Positions 1 to 12,000 of a stretch of 64,000 nucleotides of DNA are shown piece after piece. Made by a program: the position numbers and the translations under genes. Origin of the DNA: Penicillus capitatus (taxonomy: Eukaryota; Plantae; Chlorophyta); contig OZ287703.1 of the NCBI GenBank assembly GCA_965649825.1, positions 524,113 to 588,112 of the forward strand, in the 5' to 3' direction. The notes beneath the pieces are model-generated. The model saw only the letters and a list, made by a program, of their open reading frames with translations, made no database searches and was not told where the DNA came from. The first letter of the stretch is position 1; each line of letters starts with the position of its first letter.

Positions 1-2
1 AA

Positions 3-3000
3 ATCGTTCAGCTATGCAGAAACCTCGGAGGACCACTTTCAGAATATTTTAAAGACATTTCAGAAAAAGAGGAGAAGATTGTGAAATACTTCTGTCAAAA
101 TCCAGACAGACTGATCTCACAGACAAAGGGATTCATATCGCACTCCACGTTCACAGACTGGAAATCGAGAAAAGCCTTTATCAAAGATATGTGCTCTGTT
201 CTGGACGCCGTGTTTTGCATTCTTGATGTGCAGTTCAGAAACCGCAATCAAGAATTCGAGCGCATCAGAGAGCTTTTTCAGAAGACCTCTCAGATCAAGC
301 ATCTTCTGTGCTGTTTCTTTCCTTTGGAGAAAGAGGCTTTTGGAAAGGGAGCCAGTGTCTTGGGGGATTGCTTGAGTCGCAGCAAAGATCGCGCTGTCAG
401 GTACAATCTTCAGAAGAGGCTGTCGGAAGTCATCTGCGAGGCGGACACCAAGCTCTCTTGTTCCATCGTCAGGTTGATGAGGAGTGCAGATGCATCGACA
501 GCTGAGAGGAACAGAACTGGTATTGCTTTTGCGTTGAGCGCACTGGACTGGAAGACCACTCTGCTTCTCCCTGAAAGCTTGCTGGTCTCTGCACATGAAG
601 GTTTCTGTGGCTTAGAGATCCTGGATATCCAGAGGAAGTTCAGCAGAATGAGAATCTTGGAGGAAGTGTGCCAGTTACTTGCCGGGTTGTCACTTCAGAG
701 TAATGAAGGCTCGTCTAGCATAATTAAAAGTGCCGCGGAGACAGGCTATCGAGTAGTCCAACAGTTGACGCTGGGTGTGAGGCAAAAAACAGTGAACCTG
801 GGACAGAAAGCAATGAGTTTCTTTAGAAGAACGAACTCAAATTCTTCGGGTCCATCGACGTCAGATGCACATGAAACCGAAGAACACGATGGAAATGTCG
901 AGTTGGTGCACGCCGCCGCGGAACGATTGGATCCCATACTGCAATCATCAGATAGCAGCATGGTATTGTTCGATGAATTAAACACTGCAGTTGAATTCCA
1001 CAATGACATCATGTCTTACCTGCTTGAAGATAGGAGGAGAAACAAGAATGCTGCATTGACAAGAAGCATTAAAAAATGCGGCGAGCTTCTTGATCGTCTC
1101 CGTTGCTCTTCCCAGAGCATTGCTAAGAGTGAATTCTGCCTACCCTGGATTGCTCTTTTCGAGTCTTCAGTCAAAATCGACGTCCCATACAAGGTTGTGA
1201 GACGCTCTCAAGAAAACTTGCAGAGGGAGATCTTTGAGGAAGAAGGTTCCACGAGTGCTGCACTTCTGGTTGGCGAACTCGACCTAGGCACTTGCCTGTC
1301 TGAGCTGGTCTCCCTTGTACTCTTCGAGAAAGAAGCATCTGGTGCTGACTATGAGAAGACACGTGTGAGTGTGCTCCACTACACATGGAGTGAAGAAAGC
1401 TCATCTAACAGAAAGTGGATCGAACAATGGATGCAGAAACATGAAAACACCTACACCTTCTCTTTCTCTGACAAGAAACTGTTACCTGTCGACTCTCTTC
1501 CCAGACACCGTCTTTCGAGACTAGGCATTACGATTATTGCGTGTCTCTCCACTTTGGCGATTCATGGAAAAGACGGTGGAGCAGCGGGAAAGAGAGCCAG
1601 TGATGTGAAGCAACGATTCATCTCCGGTCTGGAGAAGCAGATGACTTCTTACTTGAGCGAAGTAGAGCTTTGGTCGAATAAGGAAGATGATAACTTGTTC
1701 CATCACCTGGTTCAACTGGATGCAAGCCTTCTTCGCAGTCAGAGGCAAGGACTAACTGCCACCAGGAGAGAATTGAGTGGATTTCTTCGGGCATTCTCCG
1801 ATACGAAGCTATCGATCGAAAAGTCGAAGATAGAAGAGACGCTTGATGCCATAAAGGAAAAACTGCTGTCGTCTGGATGGCAATCGACATCAATTGCCTA
1901 CAGCTTCAGGAACTTGATGGTAAAACTGGCGGATTACCCTGTGCAAGAAATAACCTTATGCCTGAAAGGGCTTCTTCGACAAGCAGAATCCAGATTTGGC
2001 GATTACTTCCTTGCCATGGACATGATTGCCCCAGTTTTGAAGCTCAAGGAACTCATGACAGAGTACGCAGCAGAATGTCTTGATGCTAACGATTCGAGCG
2101 TCTGGAAGAAGTGCAACGATCTGTGTTACTTTGTTTCAGAGGTCGTTAAGTACTTCATCGACTTTTTGATTGTGAAAGATGACAAAATGGAGCTCAACAG
2201 AGCAAAACCTCTTGAGGATTTCGATCAGTGGCATGAAGCTCTAGATAAGCTCATAGCTGAACTGGAGATTCCTGCGAGTCTATTGCAAGAGAACGACCTT
2301 GAAAACATCTTCTTAAAACTGAAGAATAAATACAAAAAGCAATTGAAGGAAGAAAACAGAGAAGCAAACTTTGCAAGGACAGGCCTTCTCGGTATTCAAG
2401 CTAAAGAAGGCTCTACTGACGGATCCATTGTGCCTGAATCTAAGGCCGAGATTCAGGCGAGCAAAGTGGCAGGCCTAAAAAGCGGATTCCAAAATCTCTG
2501 GAAGAAAGCGAAGAACCAATCTCAGCCGGCAACGTTTGTCATGCAAGAGGCAATAAAGGCTGTTCAGGTACTGGATCGTTTGAGAGGAGATGAACTGAAC
2601 GACATCACTCTCGCGAGATATCAAAATAGATTACAAAATCTCCGAATAGAGTTAGACAAGTCGCAACTGGAAGAGATTAGCAACAGAAAAACAACAATAT
2701 CAAACGAGCTCGAGGATCTTCTGTCGAAGAGGCCGAATTGCATGAACACTGCCGATTTCTCATTTGCGCACCAGGACCCCGAAAGATGCAGCTCATCTGA
2801 GGATCAGCAATTTCAGACACAACTGCGCCAGTTGGAGGAAGCCGTTTCCACAAAGTCAAGCACAAAGGAAGAAATCGAGTACTTGATGCATGTGGCATCC
2901 AACTATCAGAAGCATTCACTGTTGCAGCAAGCACTCGAGGTTCTCTGCCAATGCTGCAAGCCGCAAAACACAGAAGAGGGCAGCCGAGAGTTAAGAGAAC

Positions 3001-6000
3001 TGTCGGGTTTGCACATCTTCTCTGATCAACTCACCAATTGCTTGGCGTTTGAAGCAGACCGAGTTTCATACAATGAGCTGATGAACTGTGCAGTTGCTGA
3101 ACTATCCCAAATGCGAGCACAGTATCTGGTCGAAGAGTATTATGATCTGTTGGTTGGGTGGAAGTCCGGAAAAGTGGGGAGATCTCTGAAAGCCGTTGTG
3201 GATCTGTGTTCTGCTGAACGCTTCTCAATGCTGCATGCCAATACAACATTGGAGGAAATAGATGGTTGCATTAAACAGCTGCAGAAATGTTTGGCGTCGT
3301 TGACAGCCTTGAGTGAGAGTGGCCTCTGTTTCGCAAGCCCGAGTCTCTCCGTGGAAGACGTTGCTGTTCTTTTTTCAGCCAGTCCTGATTTCTTGCGCAG
3401 TTTCCTGCTGAATCCAGTAAGAACCAGCGAGGAAGACTCTGTCCCTGTGGAATTTGATTCCTCAGCAAACCAGCAGGGAGGGCTCCTGTCAATGCTGGCC
3501 TATCAACAGGAAGATGGCTCTTTGCTTCCAGTTTTCAATAGATCGTCTGGTGCAGACAGATTCCTGAAAGCTATGAAGAATGTCGTTGTCGATGAATGGG
3601 GAGAGAATGTCAGTCAAGATGAAGATGATCTTGCTGTGCAAGAAATCTTTGTTGCCTTTCACTTTGTCCTGATGTCTTTCGTATTTTCGAGACAAGAATC
3701 CAGTCATTTGGAATCGACTATCAAATTGGCGCCTTCTGAACCATCACAGAAGAAAATGAATGACCTAGAAGCACTCATCGGTCGTTGTCAAGAGAGTATT
3801 GATAATGACCGAACTCGACTTTCACAGAAAGGACTTGAACAAGAGAGGGGCACATCACGGCTTCGACGAGTGGAGGAAAGTAACGTAAAGAGGCATATTG
3901 ACAAAATCCAAGACGAAATGGAGAGAAAGCAAGAGGAACTGGCACAAGCAAGGGAAGAAGCAGACTCGCGTCGATCTGAAATTTGTCACTTCCTGACGAG
4001 GTCGCTACAAGATTTACTGGCGAAGGCTTTGCAGTGTTTCTGCAAAATTGTGAGATCGAACACACTAGAATTACTTTTGAGGGACGGTAAAGCGGTGTCA
4101 ATGAAAACTCCGTATTCATTGTGCAAGTCCGTCGTCCACGAAATCTGGAATTCCACATGCAAGAGAAGAGATGCAAGTTATGAAGCCAAGGAAGAATTCG
4201 AGCAATGGCAGCAGTCGTACACTGAGTTCTGTGAAGAACACTTGGCACGGTTGTCTAGCGAAGATCCACTAAGAAAGGCTGCCGAGATTCTGTGCAAGTG
4301 TGCATTCATTGGAAACCAGCGTACACTTCAGCTCATGTCTTCCGCGTCCAAATCTCTCACCATACTTGATACTTCGTTGATAAGCGCCGGGGAAAAGGCA
4401 AAGATCCTTGTGGAGAGGCTTACGGACATGTGCATCAATGACTTCGGCAATGAAACTGTGATAGAAGAATTGTCTGAAGACCTGCTGAGTTTGGAACACA
4501 AATGCAGAAGCCTTGGAGAGGAATGTGAGGCAAATGATGCCATTTGCCTTGATCTGGCTTACCTTAGAAACTTGATTCTGCACTCTGTCGGTTGCTGCTG
4601 TTCTTATGCCCACAGAATGCATCCAATGAACTGGTATGAAGATACACTTCTGCCAAGGTTGGCGGAATCTGTGAAGGAGACGGTCCTTCTTTCGATGCCA
4701 TCTTCTGATGAAGAAGAGTTAAAGGCAGAGATGAAATTGCTTCCATGCTGTTGGGCAAGCCACACGATGTCGCTGCAAACCAGTATCGTCGAAGACACTC
4801 TTGTGAATCCCTTCCGACTCATATACATCCTTGAACAGTTTTTTGCTGAGAGTGCTCCACTTTATCAGTCAGTTTCCTATGTTGGAAAGCACTTCATTGA
4901 CGGGGTTCTGGAACTAAAAAACAAACTGGGCGACGTTTCTCCGACAAACAATGTTCCCATCCTTACCTCAGTCGAGTGTCAGAATCTCGATCTCCTTGTA
5001 ACGCAGCTGCTGGAGATGTGCGAGGAATCGCTTCCTGCAATGACAGCAGAGCAGACACACCAGAGATTCGCCAAGCTTTCGAAGAAGACCCTAAAATTGA
5101 CCAAAGTGATGATCCAAACAAGGAAAGACCCAAGAGCTTACATGGCAGGTTACTTGGGAAGAGTTTGTGAGCAGTGGTGGTACGAGGCCACATCCATGTG
5201 TCTACAGAAGCTCCCGGCAGAACATGAATATGCCGTCGAAACGCTCAGTCAAAGAATCTCCGACACTGGATCCGATGTGACTGCTCTGCAAGGTCTCTTG
5301 CAGTTGTCCGATTTCAGAGATCTCGGCAAACTAAGGGAAATCCTTCGCAATGAAGGAATGGATCTTGCATCTGCCAAACTCAGTGACCAGCAGATGAGCT
5401 ACCTTCAAGTCTTTTCTTCTGTCTTGAGTGAACTTCCTTTCTGTGCAAGACCAAGACTGTTGCATAACTGGCAAATGTGTCAAACATTTCCAAGTGCCAG
5501 AATTCCTATCCAACAGTATGATAAGCTCTTGATGGCACACAGAGGTCTACTCAGGACACATGTGCCGAAGATCCTCCGCTTAAAAAGTGCAGTTGATAAA
5601 GAAACTGAAATGGTCATCAAAAAGGCTTGCAGTGTGCCGCATCACTTGTGCAGTGGAATTGGTCAGGATGTTGCAAAACTTTTGCAAAGATTGCAGTCTG
5701 ATATCCAAGAGGTGGTTGAGAATGCAGATACCCTTAACGAAGAATCTGCTTCAGCACGCAGAGACTACAATAAGAGCGTTGCTTCATTCCTTGAAGAGCG
5801 CCATAAGAAAAGAGAACGAACTCAGCAAAACTTGTGGCAACGGGTTCGTTCTCTGACACAACGCCGACAAGATCTTTTCCCAGAACTAGCAGAAACTGCG
5901 AGAGATCTTTGTTCGCATTATTCTGACCTCTGGAGGGTGGCTAGTCGTTGTTTCAAACATGAAGGAATTTCTGACTGGCATATGCAGGAGAGCAATGGAA

Positions 6001-9000
6001 TTTTAGACTTAAGCAGATCGCTAAATGATGTACTGCAGAAGCAGCAAGTCCTTTATCAAGGAAAACACGTCGCCGATTGTATCAAACTTGCAAGATATAA
6101 ACTGAAAAGAGTTGTTACCCAGTTGGACATTTTGTCTCTGGATCTGGATTCTTTTCTCCGGTTCGAAGACGCAATGCTCCAGATCGAAGTATCCGAAGGA
6201 GGCACAGGGGAAGTAGTTTCTGTGCGTTGTGAAGATGAGTTAAAAAAGCTGCTGCCCATCTCCTACGCTGTCGCAGATATAGCGCGCTTTAAGCTTAGAC
6301 TGGGATTCACAGGAAAAGACAGAAAGGAGTTCGTTAGAAAGTTCAAGTTGAGAGACATGGACAAACCCGTAACTTTTCAAGTCGGCCGGTTCAAATCTGG
6401 GAATAAGAAAACCATTGTGAGCTTCCATGCCATTAAGAGAACGACGATCGTTGGAAGCGATGCTTCTCTGCTGTCAGAAGCATCCTGCTCAGAATCCTGT
6501 TCAGACCCTTTGAATGACTTGTCAGCAAGAATGCACAGTCTCCTTGCAGATTACGAAAATCATTATGAGGAACTGCAGAAGAACATTCGACAGAAAAATG
6601 ATGCCGAGAAGGAAGAGAAGGAAGTATCTGCCCATTTAGAAACAAAGAAATCCGAACGGATTTCCATCGAGACAAGTTCGCATACGCGCATCATCGAGCA
6701 GTGGAATGGTATCCTTGGAGAGATTGTAGTTTCAGTACATAAGGCACAATCCGACCTGATGACCGCAAGAAGACCTCAGACTGTCAATTTGATCAACAAA
6801 GAAAATGAAGACGGCTTGAAGAGAATTAACGACGCAATGCAAAAAATGCAGGAATTGAATTTTGATGAGAGAAAATTGTCTGTTGTGGAATTCGACTATG
6901 CTGGCGAAAAACTGTCCTTCGTGTGGACTTCGGATATGCGATTGGCTTTCATGCAGATGAAGAAATGTGCGGACGACATGCGGCGGCTAGGGGAAAGGAG
7001 TCTTGAACTGTTATTTGCTGCAGCTCTTCTTGAGTTGTTCCAGTCCAGTCTTACGATAGTCTCGAAGAAAGACTTAATCAACCTTGAAAGGGCACTGCGA
7101 GAGTGGAGAGACATACTGGGAGACAGTCCCATGTCACTCAATCAACAAGAAGCCATTGCCTTCAAAGCTGAAAACCGTTGCCGCTCTGCATTGTCGCTTG
7201 CCGATGCCAGAGTCCAATGCATGATGTGCTTCGAGTATATCAGAGAAGAACATGAAAGAATTATTCTTTTAAACAGGAGAGACAATCTTTTGCTTCCAGG
7301 GACCAAACTGCACCACAGCGCCAAGCTCATTGTCACGCAGTCGGACACAGGGATCTGCATACTTGACCCCAGACATAACAGTATTGATTTTGGAACACAT
7401 CTGTACGCTGCAGATGACAAGAAGGCTGGATCGAGGGCACACGTGTGTATTGTGGAAGTGGTGAACCGTACCGCTTCGACGATGATTGTCTCAGTGGATC
7501 CCGTGAAAGGGTCATCTAATGGGTTCGCTGTTCTTGCCCCGAGTAGGGTCCGTCTCTATGGGAGATCGACTCATCAGTTTTCGTTCCGCATCAGTGACAA
7601 GGCAGTTGGAAGAATCTGTGAGCGTTGGAGAATCGAATCGCCTGAAACAAAACTGAATGATTTCTTCGAGCTTTGCGCAAACATCCAGAGACTGGCTGTT
7701 CAGCTCAGTGCAGAGGAGATGGATTTTGGAGTCCTGCTGGCGAGCTCACAACGACAGAAGCGCAAGATCTTCATCAGGAATGTGACAGACCTGCCCTTGT
7801 TGATCAAGAGCCAGATCCAATCCGACAATACCCGTTGCACACTCTCCATGTCGCCAGAGAAGATGTTGTTGCTGCCAAGAGAAAAACAATCTCTGGAATT
7901 CACACTGAAACCCAGTGCCACTGAAGAGAAGGTCGAATCCACTGTCGTCATCGGAGCTGTGCAGAGCTTTAAGTACTTGAAGCTGAAAGCGAAAATCAGT
8001 CGACCAAGATATGCGTTCTTGAATGAAATGCGCAAAGAATTCGATGCTTTGTATGAGATGAAAGCTGTGAAAAAGGGCAAGAAAGCCACAGGTTGCCTCA
8101 GTGTGAAGAACGAAGGGGATGTTCCAGTCGTTTTTAACATCGACTCAAAATCATATGCATTGAAGATTAAACCCTCTGCTGGAAGTGTACCTGTTGGCAG
8201 TGAAATTCCAGTAAACTTGAGGATGAGATGTCCTGACAACTCAGATGTCCTCAGGATTCAGGCAACCGTGTCTGTAAAGGGATGCCAACAAAGACAGCTG
8301 ACGATCAGTGGAAGGTGGATAGATCCCATTCCCACTTTCACCAAGAAGAATGTTGAATTCAAGACTCTGACAGAGCAGCTTGTGCATATGGTAAAGAAGG
8401 ATGAGAGATCGCTGGAGCTCACTGCTCGAAACAAGCTCATCAACAAGGATGACATTCCCGTTACTGTCTATCCACCAAAAAGTGATGACTTCACCTTTAA
8501 TCAGCCCCACTACAGCTTTGAACGAAAGGGAGAGATCGATGTTGAAATGAAGTGGACAGTGAGACGGCTCAAGAAGCAAAAGCACACTGTGACCTTCCTC
8601 ACAGACACAAAAAAGAAACTGTCTTTCAAAGTGCATCTTTCATTGACAGTCGGGAAGCTCGAGATCACTCCAACGAGATGGGTGCGACTAAATTCAGTAA
8701 AACCCGGAGAAACCATGCGAAGAGATATAAGGATCAATACTGATCATCATCAGTTTTCCATTCTCAACAAAGCCCCCCAATCCGAGCTGATCGAGACCCT
8801 TTCACTGGCGGAACTTCATAATGGATGCCCGAAGAAAGATCAGAAGCCCTGGCTGCTTGGATCAGATGACATGTCCACAGTCTTTCGCTCGTCGAAGCAG
8901 TTTGAAATCTGTGTGAAAGCAAAAGAAGGGACAGGCTGGATAGTGGAAGACTTGGCCTTCCAGACAGAACAGGCCGTTTTCGTTCACGAAGACCCGGAGA

Positions 9001-12000
9001 GATGTCAGTTGATGCAGCAGAAGTTAACGATCATGGCTCCTGTGTCGGCCACATCAAATGCATTAGCCAATCTGATGCAATCACTCAAGAAATCTGGTGG
9101 GTACGTGCTAGTAGGCAAGTATACAGCCTTCTGCCTTCCAAATCTAGAGATTCTGAGCGAAATGAGCTCTTCTCCGTCCACAGCACAGTCCTTTCTTCTG
9201 ATGATACTGTGCGAAGTCGAAATCCTCCAGAAGGAGTGGAAGTTGACAACAGAACTAGCACGTCGTATTCTCGGCAGCGATCCCGACGATGCAGTCTCGC
9301 TCTGCGCTCGTCACTTGAAGCACTTGGAACAATCACCAAGAGGGAAGGCTGGCCCATCCTCTGATCTTGCAGACTACTTTGGGAATCTCAAAGATCACTT
9401 CGAGAAGAGAGGTCACGACGACATGTCCGACATATGCATTCCTGTGGCTGCTGTCTCGAATGTTCCGGTCAATATCCAAGCTGTGGCTCAGGCGATGTAC
9501 ATGCTGTTGCATGCAGACTGCACAGAGGAGCAACAGTGGAAAGCCGCTGTCGCTGTGATGAAGACAACCATTCCTGATGCCTTTAGTGCCACTCAGTTTG
9601 ACAACACGTGCGAGGCCATTGCGGAGTTGCTTGATAATCAAGAATCGACGCTTTGCGACATATTGACTCTGTTGAAGAGTTTGATGCTCTCTGATGATGA
9701 GGAAATCGCTTCTTTTGGATTCACCACAAGCATTATCGAGAGTATCCTAAAAACCGATGCTGGCTCAAGTGTTGACACAGTCATTGCAGATTTGCTTCCA
9801 GAAGATCGCCAGCACAGAGAATTCATAATGCAATCCTTATTGCTGAACAAAGATAACAGAAAGGACACGTTGCTGTCTCTTGTCGGCAACCGTATGAGGG
9901 ACTCAGTGAAGCAATTGTGCTTTGGTGATCCCGAGGCTATCGTCACAGGATTCTGTCGTCTTGTGAAGGAAGACGAGAACCAGATCAATTGCAACATGAT
10001 GCGAGATCTAGTCAGAGGGTTGTCTGAAACGGGTAACCAAGAAAAGAGACCACTGACTAGACATCATGGCGATTCTCCCAGCGAAAAAGCAAAGAAGAAG
10101 ATTGAGCCAATACTTCAGGGTGCTCAACTGGAATCTGTGTGCGATCCAATCTGTGCTCTTCATAGATGCGAGAGTGGAACAGAAAGGAATCACAACGTCC
10201 GGAGGGTTGTCGTGGAAACGCTCTTTGGTGTCTTCCCTCGTCTTCCTGCTGGTCGCCACGAACTTCTGAGGAAGATCAAGTCGGCTGCCTTGAGGATATC
10301 TGATGGATTCTATCCGCCAAGCTCTCGGAAGAAGGCGGCGGACGTAATAGAAAAAGAACTTGAGTTTGTGGAAGTGAAGCATCGCTCGAAGCTGAGAGAC
10401 TTGATGATGCAGTGGATCCAGCTGAAGCCACGCGACGTTGGCATTGATCTTATGCTGAAACCGTTGATAGAGACGCTGCGAGAACTAATACCAGTGGATG
10501 AGGGCACGAGCTCTGAGCCATCTCGTGTTGATCTTCAGAGCATCGAAGAATCGCTGATCGAGGCATTGACCAGACTGGATCCTGTGGCCATTTCTCACAC
10601 AACACATCCTCACGATCTGCTTTCGAAAGTCGTCAGCTTTATTGCCGTGTTGAATAAGAATTTCCCAGAGAAGGTAGTCGAGCTCGCAGATAAGCTCTCT
10701 TCTCTGCAGATGGGTCCAACAAAGGAAACAGCAATACGCGCTTGCGGACCAATCTCTGAAGAACTATCGACAGACGCATTTAAAACAGTACTGGATCTTT
10801 TGGAAGAAGATCTTGATGATGAAAATCTTGAGAAAACGATCCTACATCTCATTCTGCCGCAGCAAATTACTGAGGCTTTTGACACTCTCGTCGAATCTTG
10901 GTCTGATGTTGATTCAGACGTGAATGGAGAAGAATTGCTAAAGAAGATCGAAGAAATCAGCGAACCGGCTGTGATGTCCGCCTTTATGCTTGTTGGCGAC
11001 GTGCTGAAAGCAAAGAACTCGGTCACACACATGGACGAATCACAGATGGAGTCCATCGAAGGCCTTCTTAAAATCAAGAAGCTCTTCGATTCGCTTTCCG
11101 CTCTGGGTTGTTGGGAGAAGAGAGAGAAGAGTCAAGCAGCTTGGAACATTCTCCTGTCTGCAAGTGCCATTGGACACAAAGCCGAACTGACATTTGAAGG
11201 CCACTGTCTGGTCAAGATGTCATTGCTGCTGTCCCTGGCCCAGTTCTACGGAAAAGAACATTGGAAGGAACGAGAATCACCATCCTGTGAAGATGACAGA
11301 TGTCTGAAGCTTGAAATCGCTGATGTGCCAGAGGAGTCGCCTTCCGAAGACAGTGGTGATGAAGAAGCAGAATGTGAGGAAATCGCATCAAGAGACGAGG
11401 AGAAGATACCTGCAGACGAAAACGAAGCAACTGCCGTTTCAGAAGATGGCGAGTGGCACTGGCTGTTGGAAAATTTCGAAGTACCGGAGGATCAGCTTGC
11501 ATCCCTAAGAAACGAAAACTCAGGAGAGACGGAGATGTCAGCTACCGAAAGTGGATCGACTGTTCAAGAAGATGACGTCAGTGTTGAGAGCAGCATTGGA
11601 TACATGGAGAAGCTCGCCAAAGTCGAAGGCATTCTCGAAGCAGTGATGAAGAGCGTAGATAATACATCAGCGTCACCCAGTGAAGACTCGTCACTCAGAG
11701 CTCTCACATTCGATCACATCGTGGATAGCATCGCAAAAGTGCAAGCAGCTGCAGACTCTTGGAATGAGGTATTCGAAGAGGCAGTTCGTCATTCCCATAT
11801 TCCAAAGAAAAAAGAAGACAAGAATGCTGATAGCCGAGTCGTATGCGCAGGGCTGTCCCTCATCTCTCAAATTCAGTTCTTCAAACGATACTTGGAGCGC
11901 TGCACTCTCTTTGAGATTCCGGGATTTGTGAAGGATGCGCTTGACGGCATTGTGCAACATCTGAATGCCATCCCCAAGAGCAACTCGCTAGCAGAGTTTG

